Source of the DNA: Guillardia theta CCMP2712
Taxonomy: Eukaryota > Protista > Cryptophyta
Assembly: GCF_000315625.1 (NCBI RefSeq)
Contig: NW_005434525.1
Location: 69,447 to 133,446, forward strand
DNA: 64,000 nucleotides
Direction of reading: 5' to 3'
Shown here: piece after piece, positions 33,824-44,615 of the stretch
How the letters are laid out: every line of letters starts with the position of its first letter
Numbering within the stretch: position 1 is the stretch's first letter
Program-made: the position numbers and the translations under genes
Notes under the pieces: model-generated
Seen by the model: the letters and a program-made list of their open reading frames with translations, nothing else
The model's database searches: none
Told to the model about the DNA's origin: nothing

Positions 33824-36800
33824 AGACTTACAAACCTTAGATACCCTCTGGACCAGAGCATTCAAAAGAGCTATGGGATTGAGCAAGAGTACAAGCAACG
33901 CTATCTTTCACCTACCTTGGGACAGAGGAGGCCTCCAACTCCCCCATCCAGCACCCATCTTGGGAAGGGCGGCGATTCGGTATCTAGAGAAAGAAACGAA
34001 TAAGAAATGCAGGGTGGATGATGATATCAAAAGCAGTCTGATACACAAACTAACATCATGGTGCAACCAATGGGGGTGTCAAACAATAAACCAGCTACAC
34101 GTTCTCTTTGAGTCTGCCCGATCTGATTTCTCGTTAGCGGAAAAAATGCAGACCACCATCAGTTGGGAAATGATTGAAAGCAAGATGAAACCGGGGACAA
34201 TAGCCATCTTACACGACCTGGAGGACAAGATGCTCTCAGAAGAAAACTCCCTGCTGTCCGGAGAAAACTCCCTACCTACATCTCCTGCTCGGCAAGGCTG
34301 GGAGAGTTTTGCAAAGGCATGGAGACTACTGCCCCAAGTAGGCTTCCACTCCATGACAAGTGTCTTACCCGTCCCAGACACCGAGGGCATCTCCCTGCAC
34401 CTGCCCATCCGACTCTGGCCATTCCCAAAGCAAAGGGAACAAGCAGAAGAAATCCTTGCACAATATCTGCAAGCGAATGTCATCTGGGCAAAACTCGGAC
34501 TTGAGCAGGCAGGAACAGGGAAGAGAAGAAGGCCAGCCAGGGAGGAGGGGAAGCCCCCAAACAAGACAAGGAAAGGAAAAAGGGAGGCTAGCCCACATTA
34601 ACTTCAGCCACACAAGAAACTAGCCAGACCGGACCAAGGGAGAGAGGAGACGAATACGAAGGCTTGTACCCGGGTAATTTTGAGGCGGTGGCTCCAACAT
34701 GACCCCACCTGTTATGATGAAGGAGGGAATCAGCAAGAAAGATTCAGCCACACTTCAAGCAACATACCTTTCAAAGTTCAAGGGAACATAGCCATCTTTG
34801 AGCGATCTCAAATTGAAGAAAGCAAGACCGTGGATCCACCAATAGAATGGTTGGAAGCGTCGCTGGACTCGGCTCCCTTCGCATCTGCAACAAGGGAAGA
34901 GGACGGTAATAACCGAAGAGACTGCAATCAAAGCATCCATCTGCTGCTGGAAATAGTTAATGCATTGGACGACGGCGAAACAGAAGCTACAGCATGGTGG
35001 CAACAACTCGAGGAGGTAGTATCAGAGGTTCGCCAAGAAACAACACAACCATTGGCATACGAGTTTTTACAACATTTAGCAGAGATTACAGAATGCGACA
35101 TCAGTACATTTTGTAACTGGCCTACCATACACACACATCCCCAGGCTCTGGGCAAAAAGAGAGCAAGGGAACTGCACAGAGTGGTGGTTTGGATGGACAA
35201 ACAAAAGAGATTTCGTGAACAAATCCTGGATACAATACATGTCATTCTGATAGGATGGAAGAATAACATTGATGAGATACCAGAAGGTTTTGAAATTATC
35301 AGCCGGGTCCCGAAAGGCGCTCAAATAGCTTATGCAGCAAACTTCTTGCAAACAGGGAATAGGTGCTTGACGAAAACTGTAGAGGAGTTATGGATACTAG
35401 TTAGGCACACACTCCCAACACACTTACGAGACCAGCTCCAGGACAACATCCTCCCAACGTATGAGGAGCTGTGTAACAGACGAAGGGATCAGATCCAGCC
35501 GCGCAGCAATCATCAAGGCGGAAGGCATTTCACAGCAGCTATTGAAGGAGACATCACGCAGGGCAGAAAAAACAGATCCATGCGAATAGGATATGTTCTC
35601 CAACAAAAAGAGATGACGTCAGGAGGAGGGATGAAAATCAATGGGAAGTGCAGCATCATCCGAGCGAACACAATCGCAATTGGCTTACTTCTGCAACATG
35701 TCCTTGAGGAAGGAATACAGATCAAAAGGGGAAATCAAGTCACAATAATGTACCAGTCCACACGTTTCCACCGCTTTATGACAAATACGTTGCGAATGGA
35801 TACATGCGATACGAAGACGAACTGCTGGAGGACTTACATGATCGGTTACTCACTTGCATGAAGAAACTCGAAGGGAGGGGAATCAGGATCCGACTCCAAC
35901 TAGCAAAAGAATCTCAGAGACACATTCAAGAGGCCAAAGAAATGGCCAAGCAAGGAAAACAAGCATTTGCCTCGGGATGGGAGAAAGCAATCTACGATAG
36001 CCCAATGGAATTCATCATTGCAGGAGAAGAAAATCCTACATCAGGAGCGGGAGACCTCACCTTGACAGAGAAATTCATGCTCGAAATGCATGTGGGAAGA
36101 GATTTACTAGGGAAAGCGTCCAAACAATGCGAAGGGTCAGTTACGCGAACAGCTATCCAAGCGATCACCTTCTCAGCACCGACGAGGAAGAAGCTCTTTC
36201 AATGGGGGAAGACTAACTCACCATGTTGGAAGAAGATCAAGGTAAGACTGCAGCAGAGCTGGAGGAAACAAAGGGTACAGGTCAATTCATGGTGGGACAC
36301 TCCAATACGCATCGTGATGGAAGCGATGGGGACTTCAATGCACCGAGAAGGGCAATGGATACCAGACGGTTGCTGCTACTTTGCAAGCATCAAACGCATT
36401 GTCCTCATCGAATTTGCAAGGACATCGGAATATGACGGAGTCGAACAAACAAGTCTGGAATGCCTGAAGAAGAAATTTCAGGAAAAGGAAGAGAAATATG
36501 CCCCCCTACGAGCAGAAATCACAGCTTTGCTACCTGACCATGAAGTGGAACAAGCAACATTCATAGCAGGAGTGAAAGGATCGATCATGGAGAGGGAATG
36601 GCATGAGAATTTCAGGAGGCTAAGGGTGGATGACACGGAATGGGAAGGCATCAAGACAGCAGCAATCAAGCAACTGCTGGCGGTACAACATACGCTATGG
36701 ACGGCAAGAAGGGTAAGAGAGTCGATGTAGTCCGATGGGGGCAGGCGCGGCTCATGGGCAAGCCACCCATGGCGCATGGTCAGGGAAGAAGAGAAGGGCT

Positions 36801-37097
36801 AGCCAGCAGGAGAAGGTACAGCCTTGCCACAGTGGGCGACTGCATGTTGGGGGGGGAAGGGGCAGGAAGGTACAACGGAACTTAGCGAAAATAAGGAAGG
36901 GGACCGGGATCGGAATTGGAACGGGCCCGGAGGACATCGTTACTGAAAACAACTAATACGGAAGCACCCAGGCCTAAGGGGCCTATAGGAAAATGGGCCA
37001 ACCTCCCAAGGTTGGGAACCCCTTAGACGGATCATTAGGCGAGAGATGAGCGAAGAGCAATAGTTCTTAGCTATGAAACTCTTGACTAAGAGTCTAA
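33167..37097 (+). mobile_element. Family B copy B1, internally deleted (5' array fused to the post-RT half; RNase H-like and RLE regions; 3' UTR)
   Basis: 33824-36730 is homologous to ~60755-63857; frameshifted; CCHC knuckle deleted. Confidence 0.88.
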
Positions 37098-37108
37098 TAG
37101 GGTTAAAG

Positions 37109-37141
<33 letters not shown>

Positions 37142-37180
37142 TAGGGTTTAGGGTTTAGGGTTTTAGGGTTTAGGGTTTAG

Positions 37181-39862
37181 AGCGCCGGTTATTTCAGGCA
37201 GCGCCGGTTATTTCAGGCAGCGCCGGTTATTTCAGGCAGCGCCGGTTATTTCAGGCAGCGCCGGTTATTTCAGGCAGCGCCGGTTATTTCAGGCAGCGCC
37301 GGTTATTTCAGGCACCATGGCTGCACGCGTGGTGTAGGGGAAGCCGCCAGGGCGCCAATGCCAATACACGCAGCGCGGACTTGTGGATGCCTCTGTCCTC
37401 GAAGCTGATCTCGTCGAGAGGGTGAAGAGCTTCGCGAAGCGTTATCCGAACAGCAGGACAGCCCAGGCTTGCAAGGCTGTGGAGGGATGCACCCCCGACG
37501 CTATCGCAGAAGCCATCCGCTCGACATGTCAGCAGGCACGACGTGAGCTTCTGCAAGAAGCAATGACTGGATGGAGTGACGCATCCAGAGAGTGGTTTAT
37601 GAGGCAGATTGAAGAAGCCAAGAAGGAGAAGGTCGAGACATACACAGCCACAGCAGGCAACGAGGTGACTTCCTTCATCTCCACGGTGTATGTCAACCAT
37701 GAAGAGAAGCTGAAGAAGAAATTCGAAGAGATCGGACTGATCGTAGACTCAGTGCAAGAGAGTAAAGCAATCATGTGGAAGGCTCCGTATAGACCCGAGA
37801 TAGCGAGTGCTGATGAGATCCCGGTGACTGTTTCCTTCCTCCGCAATGCACAAGCGGAGAAGCTCTGGCAGGGAAGAGAGGACTTCGCGATCGATGGTCG
37901 CAAGTTCACAGCTGTACATGTGAGCATCGTGCACGATCGATCTTTCAAGATTCGAGCCAAGAGAGGACCCTGGGGCAAAGGGGGCAGCTTGGCAGAGCTG
38001 ACCCACCTGCTAACCTTGGGCGGCATGACAACAGCCGAAATAGCTGCCGTCTATCGCTATCAGCTGCTGCGCCAGTCCCTTGCAGCGGTCCAACTCCAGC
38101 CGCTGGCAGGCATGCTGGTCGCTGGGGCGCCAGGCCAGCAAGTCCACAAAGGCTTAGGTCAGAAAGGCTTCGTCGCTGTAGGGGCCAACGTCATCTGGAG
38201 ACAGAGGGAGGTGGAGTGGATCGTCTCCTCGAGCTGCCCAGAGGCGAATGATACAGCCTCGGCATTTCGAGCTTTCCGAGAGAGCGAAGCGATGGAGGGA
38301 GTACACCTGACTCTGTTCAGCGAGGACCCGAAGATCAGAGAGGCGCTCGCAGTCGAGTTGACAGCTGATCGCTTTGTGTCCAGAAATAAGTTGAAGAAGG
38401 CATCAAGGCTGCAGAAGAAGGCAGGCGGCAAGGACGGCAAGGAGATCAAGATCATCATCAAGTCGACGGCGGCATCTGGTCGCTTCACGAGGAAGGAGAT
38501 GGAGGGGCTGTGCAACGGCGGCAACACGTCCATCGCAAGAGTCAAGAGAGTCTTGTTGGAGATCGCTAACAGGCTCGAGATCAAAGTTGAAGGCATCGAC
38601 ATGGAGGAGGATTTGAACACCAAGTCCTGGAACGGGTCCAAGCTATGCATCCTCCTCGGCTCCACGGAGGATGCTCGATGCATGATGAAGGAGCTGCCCT
38701 TCTATCTCGAAGGCGCAGCAACCAAGCTCGAAGCAGTCGGCTTCGACAAGGAGCCTGAGGCGGCTGGTCAGCGGGGCACTAGCGACGCAGCGCAGCGACA
38801 GGAGGAGAGCGAGGGAGAGTGGCTGGAGTTTACAGACCTGGAGAGGATCACAATGGAGGCAGCATCTCCGTCAAGCCAAGAGGACATGCAGCTCGTCAGC
38901 GAGCTGTCAGCAGTCATCGAAGATGCAACTTCTTTGAACGAGGCGGGGACGAGCGAGCCAATCAAGCTGGTCCTGGACAAGGCCGTTGGCAACCTCCACG
39001 ACACCTTCTACTCTCCGGGGAGCCTGGAGTTCATGTCGCTGGGAGAGTGGGCGAAGACGCCAGAGGAGCAGGGAGTGGGACGCAACGCGCTCAAGGAGAA
39101 GCTGGGGAAGTGGCTGCAGAGCAAGCGCTGGACTCGCGTGCAAGGAGAGAGCAAGAAGGCAAGGAGGGGCAGCGCGTTCTCGCCACGGGCAACGGCAGCT
39201 GCTGAGCTTGAGCAGCCTGGAGGCGGAGAGCGACGACATAGAGCGTCGATCTCTTAGCTTCCTGTTCATAGCACTGAGTAAATTCGCAGAGATGCATGTG
39301 CTGGCCTGCTCGCTGAAGGTGGACAAGAAGGACCGACTGCGGGTGGAGATGAGGGAAGATGACGAAGAAGAGGAAGACATTGAGGAAGAGCAAGGCGAGG
39401 GCGAGGAAGAAGACGGGTCGAGCCCGTACCGAGCTTGAGCTGAGCTCAAGGTAAGGAGAGAAGGTAGGAGGCGACCGAAGGCCAAGGTGAGGAGAGGCAA
39501 CTCTCCTGACTGAGGCTGAGGAAGCTGAATGGAGATAGAGTAGGTGCCAGTGGCGACCCGGAAGGCCAAGGTGAGGAGAGGCAACTCTCCTGACTGAGGC
39601 TGAGGAAGCTGAATGGAGGTAGAGTAGCTGTCGACCGAAGGCCAAGGTGAGGAGAGGCAACTCTCCTGACTGAGGCTGAGGAAGCCAAGAGAAGACAGCA
39701 GAAGTAGAGAGTAGAAAGACGCCTCAGAAGCAGGGTTCGCATTGTAGGCCGTGTATTCCCAGTGCTCGCGCGCCTCATTAGACTAGGATCAAATTGCAAA
39801 GCCCACAACGAGGCCGAGCAACATTCTAGCATTCTAATAAACTCACATAATAATAATAATAA
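37181..39862 (+). mobile_element. Family A copy A2 (7 x 19-mer GCGCCGGTTATTTCAGGCA at 37182-37314; ORF1 with 5' deletion and frameshift)
   Basis: ORF 37383-39257 plus frameshifted tail to 39438; 3' repeats; (TAA)n tail. Confidence 0.9.
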
Positions 39863-39900
39863 TAGGGTTTAGGGTTTAGGGTTTAGGGTTTAGGGTTTAG

Positions 39901-40240
39901 AGGTGGGCGAATGGGGGGGAAGGGGCAGGACAGGCGCAGCTCAAGGTCATGGAGGGAAGAGGTGGGCGACTGAGGAGGGAAGGGGCAGGAGGGGAGGGAG
40001 GCATGGCAACGACACTTTGTGAAAATAGGGAAAGGAACCGGGATCGGACTTGCGACGGGCCCGAAGGACATCAGTACTGAAAATACCTAATACGGAAGCA
40101 CCCAGGCCTAAGGGGCCTATAGGACAACGGGCCAACCTCCCAAGGTTGGAAACCCCTTTAGACATATCATTAGGCGAGAGATGAGCGAAGAGCAATAGTT
40201 CTTAGCTATGAAACTCTTGACTAAGAGTCTAATAAACTCA

Positions 40241-40269
<29 letters not shown>
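39901..40269 (+). mobile_element. Family B copy B2, 5'-truncated (3' UTR only)
   Basis: Matches ~36830-37097 and 63950-64000; ends TCTAATAAACTCA(AAT)n. Confidence 0.88.
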
Positions 40270-40271
<2 letters not shown>

Positions 40272-40315
40272 GGGTTTAGGGTTTAAAGTTTAGGGTTTAG
40301 GGTTTAGGATTTAGG

Positions 40316-41676
40316 AGGAAGGAGATGGAGGGGCTGTGCAACGGCGGCAACACGTCCATCGCAAGAGTCAAGAGAGTCTTGTTGGAGATCGCTAACAGGC
40401 TCGAGATCAAAGTTGAAGGCATCGACATGGAGGAGGATTTGAACACCAAGTCCTGGAACGGGTCCAAGCTATGCATACTCCTCGGCTCCACGGAGGATGC
40501 TCGATGCATGATGAAGGAGCTGCCCTTCTATCTCGAAGGCGCAGCAACCAAGCTCGAAGCAGTCGGCTTCGACAAGGAGCCTGAGGCGGCTGGTCAGCGG
40601 GGCACCAGCGACGCAGCGCAGCGACAGGAGGAGAGCGAGGGAGAGTGGCTGGAGTTTACAGACCTGGAGAGGATCACAATGGAGGCAGCATCTCCGTCAA
40701 GCCAAGAGGACATGCAGCTTGTCAGCGAGCTGTCAGCAGTCATCGAAGATGCAGCTTCTTTGAACGAGGCGGGGACGAGCGAGCCGATCAAGCTGGTCCT
40801 GGACAAGGCCGTTGGCAACCTCCACGACACCTTCTACTCTCCGGGGAGCCTGGAGTACATGTCGCTGGGAGAGTGGGCGAAGACGCCAGAGGAGCAGGGA
40901 GTGGGACGCAACGCGCTCAAGGAGAAGCTGGGGAAGTGGCTGCAGAGCAAGCGCTGGACTCGCGTGCAAGGAGAGAGCAAGAAGGCAAGGAGGGGCAGCG
41001 CGTTCTCGCCACGGGCAACGGCAGCTGCTGAGCTTGAGCAGGAGGCGGAGAGCGACGACATAGAGCGTCGATCTCTTAGCTTCCTGTTCATAGCACTGAG
41101 TAAATTCGCAGAGATGCATGTGCTGGCCTGCTCGCTGAAGGTGGACAAGAAGGACCGACTGCGGGTGGAGATGAGGGAAGATGACGAAGAAGAGGAAGAC
41201 ATGGAGGAAGAGCAAGGCGAGGGCGAGGAAGAAGACGGGGCGAGCCCGTACCGAGCTTGAGCTGAGCTCAAGGTAAGGAGAGAAGGTAGGAGGCGACCGA
41301 AGGCCAAGGTGAGGAGAGGCAACTCTCCTGACTGAGGCTGAGGAAGCTGAATGGAGGAGGAGTAGGTGGCGACCGAAGGCCAAGGTGAGGAGAGGCAACT
41401 CTCCTGACTGAGGCTGAGGAAGCTGAATGGAGGTAGAGTAGGTGGCGACCGAAGGCCAAGGTGAGGAGAGGCAACTCTCCTGACTGAGGCTGAGGAAGCC
41501 AAGAGAAGACAGCAGAAGTAGAGAGTAGAAAGACGCCTCAGAAGCAGGGTTCGCATTGTAGGCCGTGTACTCCCAGTGCTCGCGCGCCTCTTTAGACTAG
41601 GATCAAATTGCAGGCAGCGCCGGTTATTTCAGGCACATTCTAGCATTCTAATAAACTCACATAATAATAAAAATAA
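40316..41676 (+). mobile_element. Family A copy A3, 5'-truncated
   Basis: Starts mid-ORF1 (RKEMEGLC) directly after a telomeric tract; 3' terminus and tail present. Confidence 0.9.
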
Positions 41677-41700
41677 TAGGGTTTAGGGTTTAGGGTTTAG

Positions 41701-44562
41701 TGCGCCGGTTATTTCAGGCAGCGCCGGTTATTTCAGGCAGCGCCGGTTATTTCAGGCAGCGCCGGTTATTTCAGGCAGCGCCGGTTATTTCAGGCAGCGC
41801 CGGTTATTTCAGGCAGCGCCGGTTATTTCAGGCAGCGCCGGTTATTTCAGGCAGCGCCGGTTATTTCAGGCAGCGCCGGTTATTTCAGGCAGCGCCGGTT
41901 ATTTCAGGCAGCGCCGGTTATTTCAGGCAGCGCCGGTTATTTCAGGCACCATGGCTGCACGCGTGGTGTAGGGGAAGCTGCCAGGGCGCCAAGGAAGCTG
42001 CAAGCGAGAGGTTTGTATACTTCAAATAGCTTTCTAAGTATGGTTCTTCAGTATGATGAAAATGTTCGCAACCTGCTGTATCGGAGATCATGCCAATACA
42101 CGCAGAGCGGACTTGTGGATGCCTCTGTCCTCGAAGCTGATCTCGTCGAGAGGGTGAAGAGCTTCGCGAAGCGTTATCCGAACAGTAGGACAGCCCAGGC
42201 TTGCAAGGCTGTGGAGGGATGCACCCCCGACGCTATCGCAGAAGCCATCCGCTCGACATGTCAGCAGGCACGACGTGAGCTTCTACAAGAAGCAATGACT
42301 GGATGGAGTGACGCATCCAGAGAGTGGTTTATGCAGCAGATTGAAGAAGCCAAGAAGGAGAAGGTCGAGACATACACCGCCTCAGCAGGCAACGAGGTGA
42401 CTTCCTTCATCTCCATGACTCTCCTGGGCATCTCCTCGGTGTATGTCAACCATGAAGAGAAGCTGAAGAAGAAATTCGAAGAGATCGGACTGATCGTAGA
42501 CTCAGTGCAAGAGAGTAAAGCAATCATGTGGAAGGCTCCGTATAGACCCGAGATAGCGAGTGCTGATGAGATCCCGGTGACTGTTTCCTTCCTCCGCAAT
42601 GCACAAGCGGAGAAGCTCTGGCAGGGAAGAGAGGACTTCGCGATCGATGGTCGCAAGTTCACAGCTGTACATGTGAGCATCGTGCACGATCGATCTTTCA
42701 AGATTCGAGCCAAGAGAGGACCCTGGGGCAAAGGGGGCAGCTTGGCAGAGCTGACCCACCTGCTAACCTTGGGCGGCATGACAACAGCAGAGATAGCTGC
42801 CGTCTATCGCTATCAGCTGCTGCGCCAGTCCCTTGCAGCGGTCCAACTCCAGCCGCTGGCAGGCATGCTGGTCGCTGGGGCGCCAGGACAGCAAGTCCAC
42901 AAAGGCTTAGGTCAGAAAGGCTTCATCGCTGTAGGGGCCCAAGTCATCTGGAGACAGAGGGAGGTGGAGTGGATCGTCTCCTCGAGCTGCCCAGAGGCGA
43001 ATGATACAGCATTTCGAGCTTTCCGAGAGAGCGAAGCGATGGAGGGAGTACACCTGACTCTGTTCAGCGAGGACCCGAAGATCAGAGAGGCGCTCGCAGT
43101 CGAGTTGACAGCTGATCGCTTTGTGTCCAGAAATAAGTTGAAGAAGGCATCAAGGATGCAGAAGAAGGCAGGCGGCAAGGACGGCAAGGAGATCAAGATC
43201 ATCATCAAGTCGACGGCGGCATCTGGTCGCTTCACGAGGAAGGAGATGGAGGGGCTGTGCAACGGCGGCAACACGTCTATCGCAAGAGTCAAGAGAGTCT
43301 TGTTGGAGATCGCTAACAGGCTCGAGATCAACGTTGAAGGCATCGACATGGAGGAGGATTTGAACACCAAGTCCTGGAACGGGTCCAAGCTATGCATCCT
43401 CCTCGGCTCCACGGAGGATGCTCGACGCATGATGAAGGAGCTGCCCTTCTATCTCGAAGGCGCAGCAACCAAGCTCGAAGCAGTCGGCTTCGACAAGGAG
43501 CCTGACTCTGAGGAGGAGAGCGAGGGAGAGTGGCTGGAGTTTACAGACCTGGAGAGGATCACAATGGAGGCAGCATCTCCGTCAAGCCAAGAGGACATGC
43601 AGCTCGTCAGCGAGCTGTCAGCAGTCATCGAAGATGCAGCTTCTTTGAACGAGGCAGGGACGAGCGAGCCGATCAAGCTGGTCCTGGACAAGGCCGTTGG
43701 CAACCTCCACGACACCTTCTACTCTCCGGGGAGCCTGGAGTTCATGTCGCTGGGAGAGTGGGCGAAGATGCCAGAGGAGCAGGGAGTTGGGCGCAACGCG
43801 CTCAAGGAGAAGCTGGGGAAGTGGCTGCAGAGCAAGCGCTGGACTCGCGTGCAAGGAGAGAGCAAGAAGGCAAGGAGGGGCAGCGCGTTCTCGCCACGGG
43901 CAACGGCAGCTGCTGAGCTTGAGCAGGAGGCGGAGAGCGACGACATAGAGCGTCGATCTCTTAGCCTCCTGTTCATAGCACTGAGTAAATTCGCAGAGAT
44001 GCATGTGCTGGCCTGCTCGCTGAAGGTGGACAAGAAGGACCGACTGCGAGTGGAGATGAGGGAAGATGACGAAGAAGAGGAAGACATGGAGGAAGAGCAA
44101 GGCGAGGGCGAGGAAGAAGACGGGGCGAGCCCGTACCGAGCTTGAGCTGAGCCCAAGGTAAGGAGAGAAGGTAGGAGGCGACCGAAGGCCAAGGTGAGGA
44201 GAGGCAACTCTCCTGACTGAGGCTGAGGAAGCTGAATGGAGGACGAGTAGGTGGCGACCGAAGGCCAAGGTGAGGAGAGGCAACTCTTCTGACTGAGGCT
44301 GAGGAAGCTGAATGGAGGTAGAGTAGGTGGTGACCGAAGGCCAAGGTGAGGAGAGGCAACTCTCCTGACTGAGGCTGAGGAAGCCAAGAGAAGACAGCAG
44401 AAGTAGAGAGTAGAAAGACGCCTCAGAAGCAGGGTTCGCATTGTAGGCCGTGTACTCCCAGTGCTCGCGCGCCTCATTAGACTAGGATCAAATTGCAAAA
44501 GCCCACAACGAGGCCGAGCAACATTCTAGCATTCTAATAAACTCACATAATAATAATAATAA
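41701..44562 (+). mobile_element. Family A copy A4, essentially full length (13 x 19-mer at 41702-41948)
   Basis: 5' array, open ORF1, ~76-bp 3' repeats, (TAA)n tail. Confidence 0.92.
42040..44145 (+). CDS. Family A ORF1 protein (~700 aa, putative Gag-like/RNA-binding)
   Basis: First ATG gives MVLQYDE; homologous along its length to family B ORF1. Confidence 0.8.
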   Translation: MVLQYDENVRNLLYRRSCQYTQSGLVDASVLEADLVERVKSFAKRYPNSRTAQACKAVEGCTPDAIAEAIRSTCQQARRELLQEAMTGWSDASREWFMQQIEEAKKEKVETYTASAGNEVTSFISMTLLGISSVYVNHEEKLKKKFEEIGLIVDSVQESKAIMWKAPYRPEIASADEIPVTVSFLRNAQAEKLWQGREDFAIDGRKFTAVHVSIVHDRSFKIRAKRGPWGKGGSLAELTHLLTLGGMTTAEIAAVYRYQLLRQSLAAVQLQPLAGMLVAGAPGQQVHKGLGQKGFIAVGAQVIWRQREVEWIVSSSCPEANDTAFRAFRESEAMEGVHLTLFSEDPKIREALAVELTADRFVSRNKLKKASRMQKKAGGKDGKEIKIIIKSTAASGRFTRKEMEGLCNGGNTSIARVKRVLLEIANRLEINVEGIDMEEDLNTKSWNGSKLCILLGSTEDARRMMKELPFYLEGAATKLEAVGFDKEPDSEEESEGEWLEFTDLERITMEAASPSSQEDMQLVSELSAVIEDAASLNEAGTSEPIKLVLDKAVGNLHDTFYSPGSLEFMSLGEWAKMPEEQGVGRNALKEKLGKWLQSKRWTRVQGESKKARRGSAFSPRATAAAELEQEAESDDIERRSLSLLFIALSKFAEMHVLACSLKVDKKDRLRVEMREDDEEEEDMEEEQGEGEEEDGASPYRA

Positions 44563-44615
44563 TAGGGTTTAGGGTTTAGGGTTTAGGGTTTAGGGTTTAG
44601 GGTTTAGGGTTTAGG

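Noticed and set aside
41320-41360. Hammerhead ribozyme in the A 3' UTR (CTGACTGA..GAA)
   Set aside because: Core deviates from CUGANGA/GAAA and no stem III with a cleavage triplet was found; kept only as a generic structured motif
41700-42029. ORF made of translated 19-mer repeats
   Set aside because: By-product of a stop-free repeat; no ATG at its start
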